Source: an uncultured delta proteobacterium (GTDB taxonomy: Bacteria; Myxococcota_A; Polyangia; Haliangiales; Haliangiaceae). Taken from it: 64,000 nucleotides of DNA. The translations under genes and the position numbers were made by a program. The notes below the pieces were generated by a model. The model was not told the DNA's origin. It worked only from the letters and a program-made list of their open reading frames with translations, and made no database searches. The DNA is taken from assembly GCA_963848295.1 (NCBI GenBank), contig CAWKDB010000010.1, positions 1,344,001-1,408,000 of the forward strand. Reading direction: 5' to 3'. Shown here one piece after another: positions 35,601 through 44,440 of this stretch (within the stretch, counting starts at the first letter, position 1; every line of letters starts with the position of its first letter).

Positions 35601-38183
35601 CTCGTCACGATCGAGCGCGACGGCGTGCTCGATGCGCGCGTCATCAAGATGGCGTCGGCCGGCGAAGGCGTCGAGGTGCCGATCGTCGACGGCTTCGCGC
35701 CGAACGTGTTCGCGAGCGTCGTGCTCGTCAGCGGCCGCGATGGCGAAGGCGATGCGCATCGCCCGAAGTTCAAGATGGGCGTCGTCGAGCTCGCGGTGTC
35801 GAGCGCGAAGCAAGAGCTCGCCGTCGACGTCACGATCGCGAACGACCACGTCGAGCCCGGGCAAAAAGTCATCGGCAAGATCCACGTCAGCCGCGACGGC
35901 AAGCCGGTCAAGGCCGAGGTCGCGGTGTCCGCCGCCGATGAAGGTGTGCTCCAGCTGATCGCGTATGCGACGCCGAATCCGATGAAGACGTTTTATGCGG
36001 CGTACGGCCTCGGCGTCGATTCGGCGACGAGCTGGAACCGGCTCGCGCGCCTCGCCGATCCGCAAGCCGGCGACCCGGATCAAGGCGGCGACATGCGCGC
36101 GCGGGGTGGCCAGAAGGTGCGCTCGAAGTTCGTCGCATCCGCGTTCTGGGCGCCGATGCTCGTCACCGACGACCACGGCGACGCGCCGTTCGAGTTCGCC
36201 GCGCCCGACAACTTGACCGCGTATCGCGTGATGGCGGTCGCCGCGGATGCGGGCGCGCAGTTCGGCGCCGGCGAGCATCGCGTCACGATCGACAAGCCGG
36301 TGATGGCGCAACCGATCCTGCCGCGATTCTTGCGCGCCGACGATTCGGCGACGATCGGCGTCGAGGTCTTCAATCACACCGGCAAGGCCGGCGTCGCGAT
36401 CGTGACCGCGAGCGGCAATGGCGCGGCGCTCGACCATGGGCGCGAGCGAGTCGATGTCCCGGCGAACGGCAGTGCGCGCGTTCGGTTCGTCGCCCGGGCG
36501 TCACAGAACGCCGCCGCGAGCTTCGACTTCGTCGCCACGATCGACGGCGCGAAAGACGCGGTCCGCGTCACGCTGCCGATCGAGAAGCCGCGCGTGATCG
36601 ACACCCACACGCTCGCCGATCAGACCCTCGCCGACGGTGGCAGCTGGACCGGTACGCTCGGGTTGACGCCCGATGTCATACGCGAGGACAGCACGTTGAC
36701 CGTCACCGTCGATCGGACCGGGGTCGGCGCGCTCGCTCCCGCGTTGCGCGCGCTCGTCGCATATCCGTACGGCTGTCTCGAGCAGACGCTGTCGCGATTT
36801 CTGCCGCTCGTCGCGGCGAAGGACCTCGCGACCGCGCTCGACGACCCGGCGCTGCAGGGCACGAAGCTCGAGCAGTTCATCACCGCCGGCGTCGCGAAGG
36901 TGATCCGCCATCAACAAGGCGATGGTCTGTTCTCGCTGTGGCCGCAATCGCAGACGTATCCCGAGCTGTCCGCGTACGCGCTGTACGGCCTGACCGTCGC
37001 GCAGCAAGCCGGCGTCAGCGTACCGGCCGACGTGTTCACCCGCGGGATCAAGGCGATCGACACGTGGGCGACCGCGAAGGCACTCGCGCCGGACGGTGAT
37101 GCCGCGGCGCTCGCGATGGCGGCGTACGTCATGGCGTTGCGCGGCAAGCCCGACGCGCCGCTCGTCGCGCGGCTGTACGCGATCCGCGCCGGCATGCCGA
37201 CATGGGGCCAGGCGTTCTTGCTGCGCGCGCTCGCGGTCGGCAAGGGTGACGCGAAGCAGATCGCGGAGCTCGAGCAGCAGATCGTCGGCGCCGCGGTCGT
37301 CAAGGACGGTCGCGCGATGATCCACGAGAGCTCGGGCCCCGACGTGCGCGAGCACTACATGGACTCCGACGTGCGCGCGACCGCGATGACGCTCGCCGCG
37401 CTGCTCGATGCCGACCCGGCTTCGCCGCTCGTCGACCCGCTCGCCGCTGGCTTACTCTCGGCGCGCAGCGACGCTGGCAGTTGGCAGACGACCCAGGACG
37501 ACGTCTGGTCGCTCGTCGCGCTCGCCCGCTACGCGAAGCGCGTTCCGGCGGGCGATTCGACCGCGACGATCATGGTCGACGACAAGCAGGTGTCGAGGAA
37601 GAGGCTCGTCGGGCGCTCGCCGAGCGTCACGACGCTACGGCTCGATCGCGTCGCCGGCGACCGGATCAGCGTCGCGGTCGACCACGGCGCGAAGGTGTCG
37701 GTCCGAGTCGCGGCGGCGCGGCGTGACACCGGCGCGGCTGCGTCCGCCGGTTACGCGATCGCACGCGACTACGTCGACCCGCACGGCAAACAGGCGACGA
37801 CGTTCAAGGCCGGCGACTTGCTCACGGTCGAGGTCGAGATCGATGCGAGCGCGAAGCACAGCTGGGTCGCGGTCGTCGATCCGCTGCCGGCGGGCTTCGA
37901 GATCGTGAACGACAAGCTCGCGACGAGCGGCGCGGGCGACGACGCTCCCTCCGACCCCTGGGACGCGCGGTGGAACGCGCCGACCTGGTCGTACCAGGAG
38001 CTGCGCGATGACAGCGCGCGGTGGTTCGCCGACGAGCTCCCCGCCGGCCACTATCACCTCACGTACCAGGTGCGCGCGACGATCGCCGGCAGCTTCACCG
38101 CGCCGCCGGCTTCGGTCGAAGCGATGTACGAGCCCGACGTCCACGGCCGCAGCGCGGCCACCGCGATCTCGATCTCCCGATGA
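32649..38183 (+). CDS. Bacterial alpha-2-macroglobulin lipoprotein
   Basis: Lipobox VSGC, SDRGLYRAGE, AADEGVL, PDNLTAYR, LPRFLR, thioester motif YPYGCLEQ, DPLPAGFE, VEAMYEP; followed by pbpC. Confidence 0.95.
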   Translation: MRLRPFSIAFSLALVSGCGSKPPQDLRVMSYAPTGPTERDEPVELHFDKPAVSEAMVGKPALPGSVRIVPQLEWKGFWQDRQTLVLEPTQPLAPSTRYSVSLAGELATRTADFGFSFVNRPLAVEGVWGVDPDAIAPDGEVPVSFNQPVQPADAAAHCKLTGAHGEVALAAAPNDRDAATNVTLHPVAKLAPGTGYTLACAGLTGAGGNTPLAQPYALAIRARPLLAVTSISPQGTDVSADDVTLTFAFTTPVALDAARKAVSAKPAIAGLDRGSLSSDGTEYSVTADLETETDYSLKLAGLVDRFGQKLDKPVVATFHTGNAQPRLSMERGIFTLEASAKGYPVWSRNVHKMEIECAAIPKDRIARLLTTDMNYDPWGGNDDDKPLDWRAIKAKPKTKQILQPAKDKWVLSEVDLGATCGATAGKRGVYLAEVHSDEVHEDDSRPWLSARRNRVLANVTDLGVLIKVGPASGIVWVTSLSTGLPVEGATVAVQTPQGKRVFTGTTDRDGLVKVPGSALLKQQPATGAAPDPEADEDWDSYRSQRLIATVEKGDDLAIVDGNWANGIQTWNFGLPEDRGGGVTRVRGFIESDRGLYRAGEQVHFKGIVREIAGGAPPRIPGKPGVAIEVQDSRGQVVLTTKTKLSSFGGFAFDMQLADDASLGDYYVAATVAGQVFRERFEVQEFRPAAFEVGLARAGKQPKPIRPGERMAFDLDATYLFGAPVASAKVEWSVRKRKHVVTFPGFEDYAFSADPRDGWWWSRRDDYGELVSDESGATDDRGHLELAARDANPSKTDPTDYIVSATVTDATDQSSSKSVIVTAHPTSLYIGMHANEMVQAVGMPFGVNLAAFQPDGTRTATKLHLSFIRTANTCGWDSVGIRSYESCTATDTTMIERDVEVAAGGSHTERIYPTEPGDYVVKAEAKDDAGRPVITESEIWVIGKGEAFWSGDEGDRMTLIASKPTYQIGETAKLVAQANLPHPTALVTIERDGVLDARVIKMASAGEGVEVPIVDGFAPNVFASVVLVSGRDGEGDAHRPKFKMGVVELAVSSAKQELAVDVTIANDHVEPGQKVIGKIHVSRDGKPVKAEVAVSAADEGVLQLIAYATPNPMKTFYAAYGLGVDSATSWNRLARLADPQAGDPDQGGDMRARGGQKVRSKFVASAFWAPMLVTDDHGDAPFEFAAPDNLTAYRVMAVAADAGAQFGAGEHRVTIDKPVMAQPILPRFLRADDSATIGVEVFNHTGKAGVAIVTASGNGAALDHGRERVDVPANGSARVRFVARASQNAAASFDFVATIDGAKDAVRVTLPIEKPRVIDTHTLADQTLADGGSWTGTLGLTPDVIREDSTLTVTVDRTGVGALAPALRALVAYPYGCLEQTLSRFLPLVAAKDLATALDDPALQGTKLEQFITAGVAKVIRHQQGDGLFSLWPQSQTYPELSAYALYGLTVAQQAGVSVPADVFTRGIKAIDTWATAKALAPDGDAAALAMAAYVMALRGKPDAPLVARLYAIRAGMPTWGQAFLLRALAVGKGDAKQIAELEQQIVGAAVVKDGRAMIHESSGPDVREHYMDSDVRATAMTLAALLDADPASPLVDPLAAGLLSARSDAGSWQTTQDDVWSLVALARYAKRVPAGDSTATIMVDDKQVSRKRLVGRSPSVTTLRLDRVAGDRISVAVDHGAKVSVRVAAARRDTGAAASAGYAIARDYVDPHGKQATTFKAGDLLTVEVEIDASAKHSWVAVVDPLPAGFEIVNDKLATSGAGDDAPSDPWDARWNAPTWSYQELRDDSARWFADELPAGHYHLTYQVRATIAGSFTAPPASVEAMYEPDVHGRSAATAISISR

Positions 38184-40144
38184 AGCGAGTCGCGCGTTGG
38201 CTGCTCGTCGCGGCGCTGCTGCCGCTGACGATCGTGACGCAGGTCGCGATCGTGCTCGTCGTGATGTTTCCGTTCGATCCGGCCGAGCTGTCGGTGTCCG
38301 GCGCCCCACTCGTGATCGTCGATGTGCGCGGCGAGGTGATCGCGACGCTTCCCGCCGACGGTGTTGATGCGACCCGGTGGGCGAAGCTCGCCGATGTCCC
38401 GGCGATCGCGGTGTCCGCGGTCATCGAGTCCGAGGACGAGAACTTTTGGAGCCATCACGGGGTCGACGCCGGCGGGATCGCGCGCGCGGCATGGCTCGAC
38501 CTCCGAGGCGGCCGCTTCGGTGGCTCGACGTTGACGATGCAGCTCGCACGCATGCTGCGCAACGACGAAGCGCGCACCGTGACGAACAAGCTCGCCGAGA
38601 CCGTGCTCGCGCTCCGCATCGATCGCGCGGTCGACAAGCGCGACATCCTCGAGCAGTGGCTGAACCGCGCGTACTACGGCAACGGCGCGGTCGGGTTCGC
38701 CGCGGCCGCACAACTCTACTTCGGCAAGCCGCCTGCCGCGCTGTCCGCGGGTGAAGCGACGCTGCTCGCGGTCTTGCCGCGCGCACCGACCGCGTACGAT
38801 CCGCTGCGCAACCTGTCGGCCGCGTTGCGCCGCCGCGATCACGTGCTCGATCTGCTCGTCGCGCGAGGCGTCATCGCACCGGAGATCGCGGACGAGGTTC
38901 GCGCCGAGCGCGTCGTCGCCGCGCGCTTCGAGCCGGTGAACGCGGCGCCCCAGTTCGTGCGCTGGGTACTCGAGCAGGTGCCGCCCGAGGTTCGCCGCGC
39001 CGGCGGCACGGTTCACACGACGCTCGATCTCCGGCTGCAGCGACTCGTCGAGCGCCGCGTCGCCGACCAGGTCTCCGCGCTCGCCGAGCGCCACCTCGCG
39101 CAAGCCGGGCTCGTCGTGCTCGACGCGCAGACCACCGAGGTGCGCGCGTTCGTCGGCTCGACCGGCTCGAGCCAGCTCGACATCGCGACCCGCCGCCGTC
39201 ATCCCGGGTCCGCGCTCAAGCCATTCGTGTACGCGACCGCGATCGAGCACGGCGCCTCGCCGGCGAGCATCGCATGGGACGTCCGCGACACGCGGCCCGA
39301 CTACTTCTTGCCGTCCGGCGGCGTCGAGCACGGCCCGGTCCGCTACCGCGTCGCGCTCGCGAGCTCGTACAACTTCGCGGCGGTCGACGTGATCGAGCGC
39401 GCCGGGCTCGAGCGCGTGATGAGCGTGTTGCGCGCGGCAGGCGTCGCCGAGCTCACCGGCGCACCCGACGACTACGGACCGCGGCTCGCGCTCGGATCCG
39501 CGAAGGTGCGGCTCGTCGATCTCGCGGCGGGTTATGGCTTCCTCGTCAAGGGCGGCAAGGTCGGCACGCCGCGCGCGATCGCCGACGTGATCGCGCCGGA
39601 CGGCAGCCGGTGGGCACCCGCGATCCCGGCCGAGCGTCAGATCTTTTCGCCGCAGGCCGCGTGGCTCGTGATGGACATGCTCTCGGATCCGGAAGCGCGG
39701 CGCGCCGGGTTCGGCACCGAGCTGCCGTTCGACCTGCCGTTCCGGATCGTCGCGAAGACCGGCACCGCGCGCGGCTTCGCCGATACCTGGGCGATCGGCG
39801 CGACCCGCGAGGTCATCGTCGGCGCGTGGGCCGGCACGTTCGATGGCACGCCGACCCAGGGCCTCGTCGGGATGGACGCGGCCGCGCCGCTCGTGCGCGC
39901 CACGATGCTCGCGGTGGCCGAATCGCATCCGCTGACGCTGCCGCCCCGCCCCGCCGGCATCGACGACATCGTCGTGTGCGCGGACACCGGCGCGCCCGGC
40001 ACCGCGTGCCCGACCGTCCACGACTACGCGATCCACGGGCGGCCGCTCGACGACTCGGGGATTCGCCGCGCCGCCGACGGCACGCTGAGCTATCCGAAGC
40101 GCGCGGACGGTTGGCTCGCGCGTCGCGACCAGCGCAAGCCCTAG
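38180..40144 (+). CDS. pbpC: Penicillin-binding protein 1C
   Basis: EDENFWSHHGVD, GGSTLTMQL, YFGK, SxxK (GSALKP), SYN, KTGT; ATGA overlap with the A2M gene. Confidence 0.92.
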   Translation: MKRVARWLLVAALLPLTIVTQVAIVLVVMFPFDPAELSVSGAPLVIVDVRGEVIATLPADGVDATRWAKLADVPAIAVSAVIESEDENFWSHHGVDAGGIARAAWLDLRGGRFGGSTLTMQLARMLRNDEARTVTNKLAETVLALRIDRAVDKRDILEQWLNRAYYGNGAVGFAAAAQLYFGKPPAALSAGEATLLAVLPRAPTAYDPLRNLSAALRRRDHVLDLLVARGVIAPEIADEVRAERVVAARFEPVNAAPQFVRWVLEQVPPEVRRAGGTVHTTLDLRLQRLVERRVADQVSALAERHLAQAGLVVLDAQTTEVRAFVGSTGSSQLDIATRRRHPGSALKPFVYATAIEHGASPASIAWDVRDTRPDYFLPSGGVEHGPVRYRVALASSYNFAAVDVIERAGLERVMSVLRAAGVAELTGAPDDYGPRLALGSAKVRLVDLAAGYGFLVKGGKVGTPRAIADVIAPDGSRWAPAIPAERQIFSPQAAWLVMDMLSDPEARRAGFGTELPFDLPFRIVAKTGTARGFADTWAIGATREVIVGAWAGTFDGTPTQGLVGMDAAAPLVRATMLAVAESHPLTLPPRPAGIDDIVVCADTGAPGTACPTVHDYAIHGRPLDDSGIRRAADGTLSYPKRADGWLARRDQRKP

Positions 40145-40938
40145 CTCGGCTCGACGCCGCGCGGCGACGTCGGCGGCAATGCCGCGAGCACGCCATCGAC
40201 GATGATCAGCGCGGTCGCGGTCAGGTCCGCGAGCGCATCGGCGCCGGCAACTTCGCGTGCGGCGGGATAGACGACGACGAGGTTCGCGAGCAGCTCGACG
40301 ACGAGGTCGCGCCGGCTCGCGCGATCGAGCACGTCGGCGAAGCCGTGCGCGAGCAACGACGCGAGCAACGCCGATGACCCGTAGGCGCGCCAGCCGTCGG
40401 GCAGCGCCGCGTCGAGCGCGTCGGCGGTCAGCGTCTTCGGCAGCTCGGATTCGTGATGAGTGCCGAGCCGCAGCGCGAGCCGCACGCGCTTCGGCATGCT
40501 CGACAGGCGATCGATCTCGGTGTCTTCTCGGAGCTCGTCACCCCGGCCCGCGCGCTTCAGCAACAGGTGCGGCAGGTCGGTTCGATCGATCTCGCACACG
40601 ACCGTGCTCACGAGCCCCGCGATACGAAACGGCGGGACGACCGGCAGCTGCGCCCACTCGCCGCGCCGCTCGCGGTGAGTCTCCAGATCGAACGCGGTGA
40701 CCGTGACGTCGCCGTGATCGCGAGCAAACGACCCGCGCACGACGCGACGTTCGAACCCGCCCTCGGACAGCAACCACAGCGCGGTCTGCTGCAACGCGGG
40801 CGAGACGTGCATGAGGTCCTCGCACGGTTCGAGCCCCGCTGCGTCGGCGGCGGATCGCTGCTCGCGCCGGCGATACACGTGGCGCGCGGCCAGTGCAGCA
40901 AACCCGGTCGCGATCCCGCCGATGAACATCCAATCCAC
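40141..40938 (-). CDS. Hypothetical protein with N-terminal TM helix
   Basis: 265-aa ORF filling the gap, with a hydrophobic N-terminus. Confidence 0.7.
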   Translation of the reverse strand: MDWMFIGGIATGFAALAARHVYRRREQRSAADAAGLEPCEDLMHVSPALQQTALWLLSEGGFERRVVRGSFARDHGDVTVTAFDLETHRERRGEWAQLPVVPPFRIAGLVSTVVCEIDRTDLPHLLLKRAGRGDELREDTEIDRLSSMPKRVRLALRLGTHHESELPKTLTADALDAALPDGWRAYGSSALLASLLAHGFADVLDRASRRDLVVELLANLVVVYPAAREVAGADALADLTATALIIVDGVLAALPPTSPRGVEPS

Positions 40939-40979
40939 GCGCTATGGCTCCTGCATCTCGCGCCGACGCTAGCACGCGG

Positions 40980-41492
40980 TCAGCTCGACAGCTCGAGCTG
41001 CGCTCGGCCGCGCGGAGATCGCGGCGCGCCGTGTTGTTCGTGCGCGAGCAACCACTGCTTCGTCGGCAGCCCGCCGCCGTAGCCAGTCAGCGTACCGTTC
41101 GCGCCGATCACGCGATGACACGGCACGATGATCGCGATCGGATTGCGACCGTTCGCGAGCCCGACCGCACGACTCGCCGCGGGCCGCCGGATCGCGCGGG
41201 CGATCTCGCCGTAGCTGCGGGTCTCGCCAAACGGGATCGCGAGCAGCGCGCGCCACACGATCTGCTGGAACGGCGTGCCGTCCGGCGCGAGCGGCACTTC
41301 GAACTCGCGGCGCTTGCCCGCGAAGTACTCCGCGAGCTGCTTCGCAGCGCGTGCGAGCACACTCGCGCGCTTCATCGGCGCATCGATCCGCGGACCGTTC
41401 GGCAGGTTCAACATCGCGAGCTCGTCGCCGCGCGCGACGAGTTGGAGCTCGCCGATCGGCGAATCGAGCAGGATCATCGTGAGCGTCGACAT
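40980..41492 (-). CDS. ogt: Methylated-DNA--protein-cysteine methyltransferase
   Basis: GTPFQ, IPFGET.SY, RAVG.ANG.NP, active-site PCHRV, GYGGG. Confidence 0.96.
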   Translation of the reverse strand: MSTLTMILLDSPIGELQLVARGDELAMLNLPNGPRIDAPMKRASVLARAAKQLAEYFAGKRREFEVPLAPDGTPFQQIVWRALLAIPFGETRSYGEIARAIRRPAASRAVGLANGRNPIAIIVPCHRVIGANGTLTGYGGGLPTKQWLLAHEQHGAPRSPRGRAQLELSS

Positions 41493-41493
41493 G

Positions 41494-42987
41494 TCAGTCT
41501 CCTTCCGAGAGTGCGGTCCACAAGTGGATCACCGCGTACGAGCGAAATGGCCGCCACGCCTCGGCGCGCGCCTCCGCGGCTCGTGGCCCGGCGCCACGCA
41601 GCGCCTTCTTGATGCCGAGATCGGCGGCCGGGAACGCATCGGGATCGTGGAGCGCGCGCATCGCGAGGTAGTGCGCGGTCCATGGCCCGACGCCGGCGAG
41701 CCGCGTCGCTTCGGCGACGAACTCGTCGAGCGGCCGCGCCCCGTCCAACCGGAGCTGTCCGTTCGCGACCGCGCCGGCGAGCCCGTGCAACGCGACCGCA
41801 CGGTTCACGGGCATCCCGATCTTGACGATCCGCTCCCAGCCGACCGCATGAACCTCCACCGCGGTCGGGAACCGAGACGACAGCGCGGGCTCGGAGCCGG
41901 CGTACCGCCGACCGAATGCCGCGGCGAAGCGGCCGGCGAGCGTGCGCGCGGCCGCGACCGAGACTTGCTGTCCGAGCATCGCGCGCACCGCGGCCTCGAA
42001 CGGATCGATCGCGCCCGGCAAGCGCAGACCCGGGCGCGCCGCGACGGCCTTGCCGATCGTGCGATCGCGACGGAGCACGCGCGCGATCGCGTCGGGGCGT
42101 GCATCGAGATCGAACATCCGCCGGACGCGTGCACGCAGCGGCATCAGCACCGGCATCAGCTCCGGCGTCACCGCGAGCAGCAGCGCCGATCGGTTCGGGG
42201 CCGGCCGGACTTCGAGCTCGCCGGTATGTCCCGCGATGTGAACGATGCGGCGATAGACGTCGTCGCCGACGACCTCGACGCCGGGGATCGCGCGACCGCG
42301 CAAGAATCCGAGCAGCCGCGTCCAATCGTACGGCGGGCGATAGTCGAGCCGGAGTGCGACGCGGTCGCGGACCTCCGCGATCGGCCGAGCGCGCGACGGC
42401 GACTTGCCGATGCGCTGCGCGAACACCGCATTGAACCGGCGCACGCTCGAGAACCCGGACGCGAACGCGATCTCCGTGATCGGCAGCGCGGTGTCGTGCA
42501 GCAACTGTTTCGCGAGCGCGAGCCGCGCACTCTGGGCGAGCTCGACCGGCGACACGCCGAGCCGGGTCTCCGTCGCGCGCCGCACGTGCCGCGCCGTGAC
42601 GCCGAGCTCCGCCGCGAGCTCGTCGATCGAGCGGTCGTTCAGCGCGCCTTCTGCGATCCGGCGCGTCGCCGCTGCCGCGAGCGCATCGACCGCGTCGACA
42701 GGCGGCACGCGCTGCCGGCCCGCCGCCCCGCCGAATCGCGGTGCGATTAGATAGCCCGGCGGCGCACCGGGCGCGACTTCGGGGCGGCAGCGAAAGCACG
42801 CGCGGAAGCCGGCGCGCTCCGCGAGTGCAGCGCTCGCGTAGAACTCGCAGCGCGCTCGCGCGGGCACGCGCACCGGGCAGATCGGCCGACAGTAGATTCC
42901 TGTCGTCGTGACGCCGACGAAGAACACGCCGTCGAATCGCCGGTCGCGCGCGGCGAGCGCGGCGTAGCGAGCGTCATCGGTCATCAC
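41494..42987 (-). CDS. alkA: Ada Zn-binding/AraC domain fused to AlkA 3-methyladenine glycosylase
   Basis: RDRRFDG.FF..V.TTGIYCRP.C, FRACFRCRP, AraC HTH, LGQQVS, GVGPWTA.Y, DAFPAADLG, WRPFRSYA. Confidence 0.93.
   Translation of the reverse strand: MMTDDARYAALAARDRRFDGVFFVGVTTTGIYCRPICPVRVPARARCEFYASAALAERAGFRACFRCRPEVAPGAPPGYLIAPRFGGAAGRQRVPPVDAVDALAAAATRRIAEGALNDRSIDELAAELGVTARHVRRATETRLGVSPVELAQSARLALAKQLLHDTALPITEIAFASGFSSVRRFNAVFAQRIGKSPSRARPIAEVRDRVALRLDYRPPYDWTRLLGFLRGRAIPGVEVVGDDVYRRIVHIAGHTGELEVRPAPNRSALLLAVTPELMPVLMPLRARVRRMFDLDARPDAIARVLRRDRTIGKAVAARPGLRLPGAIDPFEAAVRAMLGQQVSVAAARTLAGRFAAAFGRRYAGSEPALSSRFPTAVEVHAVGWERIVKIGMPVNRAVALHGLAGAVANGQLRLDGARPLDEFVAEATRLAGVGPWTAHYLAMRALHDPDAFPAADLGIKKALRGAGPRAAEARAEAWRPFRSYAVIHLWTALSEGD
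42725..42745 (+). repeat. Short palindromic interspersed repeat inside the ada-alkA linker
   Basis: GCCCCGCCGAATCGCGGTGCG, 19/21 identical to 44246-44266. Confidence 0.65.
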
Positions 42988-43057
42988 GGCTAGGGAGGTA
43001 GCACGCGGCGGTCAGACCGACTGGCCGTTTCCGGACCTCATCGCAAGATCGCGGCGG

Positions 43058-43240
43058 CTACTGCTTCTCGAGCGGAATCGCGCCGCTGTCGACGCTGATC
43101 GTGCTGAGGCCCGCGACTTGCCAGCCATCATCTCGCCGCATCGCGGCGGCCATGAGCTGCGCACGGGACGCTTGGTCCAGCGCTTCCCACTCCTCGGCCG
43201 TCATCACGAACCCGGCGAGCGCGATGTCACCCTTCATCAT
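43058..43240 (-). CDS. Small hypothetical protein
   Basis: About 60 aa, MMKGDIALAGFVMTAEEWEALDQASRAQL..., plausible composition. Confidence 0.55.
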   Translation of the reverse strand: MMKGDIALAGFVMTAEEWEALDQASRAQLMAAAMRRDDGWQVAGLSTISVDSGAIPLEKQ

Positions 43241-43294
43241 TTCACTTTCCGCATCCGACGACGCGGCGGCAAGTTTTCGTGCTAAACGCCGCCG

Positions 43295-44386
43295 GTGCCG
43301 CGTCACGTTACGTCTCGCTACGGCGATCCACTTACGCAAGTGTGGCTCGGGGCCGCGCGCGCGATCGGGCTACGAATCGTCCGAAGTCCGGACGCTTACG
43401 CCGCGACCGACGGCCGCGGCACGCTAGCGATCGCGACCGACGACGCGCTCGACGCCGACGACAGCCTCGCGCAGATGATCTTCCACGAGCTGTGCCATTC
43501 GCTCGTCGAAGGCGAAGCCGCGTTCTCGCTGCCGGACTGGGGCATGGACGCGACGGATTCCGGGGGCCCCGACCACGACTGGCGCGAACATGCCTGCTTG
43601 CGTGTGCAGTGGGTGCTGACCGGCCGCTACGGGCTGCGAACGCTGTTCGCCCCGACGACGGACTTCCGCGCGTTCTGGGATCCGCTGTCGGGAAACGTGC
43701 TCGCGGATCGCACCGAGCGATCCGTCCAAGCCGCGATCGCAGCGCTGCGCCGCGCCGAGCAGCCGCCGTGGTCGCCCGCGCTAGGCAACGCGCTCGCCGC
43801 GACGTCTGCGATCGCGATCGCCGCCGCGCCGTTCGCCGCTGCGGACTCGCTATGGCTTGGCGTCATCGCGCCACGACCACCACATCCGACGGGCTTACCC
43901 GGTGGAGACGCGAACGCGGGAACGTGCGGCACGTGCGCTTGGCGTCACGAGCAACGCGGTGCCGCGCGCTGCCGGCAAACCGAGACGAAGATCTCGGATG
44001 CGTGGCCGGCGTGCGAGCGACACGAGCCGGCGCTCGATTGCCAGACCTGCGGCGCGTGCTGCCGCGCCGCGTATCATTCCGTCGAAGTAGGGCGGCGCGA
44101 CCCGTGCGTCAAAGCGCAGCCGACGTACATCGTCGACCGCGGCACGCGACTCGAGATCCGCCGCGAGGGCGATCGCTGCGCCGCGCTGCACGGCGGCGAG
44201 CTCGAGCGCGACCACTCGACGGTCACGGCTTGCCCGGGACCGGCAGCACCGCCGAATGGCGGTGCGGTGTTGCAGACGCGCTATCACTGTGCGATCTACG
44301 ACGACCGGCCGAAGACGTGCCGCGACTTCACGCTCGGCTCCGCTCATTGCCTGACCGCACGCCGCCGAGTCGGCCTCAGCTCGTGA
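43295..44386 (+). CDS. HExxH-domain protein fused to a YkgJ-like CxxCxxCC metal-cluster domain
   Basis: FHELCH, CGTCAW, CQTCGACC, and CAIYDDRPKTCRDF. Confidence 0.8.
   Translation: MPRHVTSRYGDPLTQVWLGAARAIGLRIVRSPDAYAATDGRGTLAIATDDALDADDSLAQMIFHELCHSLVEGEAAFSLPDWGMDATDSGGPDHDWREHACLRVQWVLTGRYGLRTLFAPTTDFRAFWDPLSGNVLADRTERSVQAAIAALRRAEQPPWSPALGNALAATSAIAIAAAPFAAADSLWLGVIAPRPPHPTGLPGGDANAGTCGTCAWRHEQRGAARCRQTETKISDAWPACERHEPALDCQTCGACCRAAYHSVEVGRRDPCVKAQPTYIVDRGTRLEIRREGDRCAALHGGELERDHSTVTACPGPAAPPNGGAVLQTRYHCAIYDDRPKTCRDFTLGSAHCLTARRRVGLSS
44246..44266 (+). repeat. Short palindromic interspersed repeat inside the YkgJ-like gene
   Basis: Perfect hairpin GCACCGCC-GAAT-GGCGGTGC; second copy at 42725-42745. 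Confidence 0.65.
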
Positions 44387-44440
44387 GCTTGACGCAATGT
44401 GTTTCTCGCGGTTGCGCGGATTTCGCGCCACGATGGCGCC

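Noticed and set aside
32649..40144. A2M-pbpC pair as novel
   Set aside because: This is a known conserved pairing; only the divergent VIT gene is flagged.
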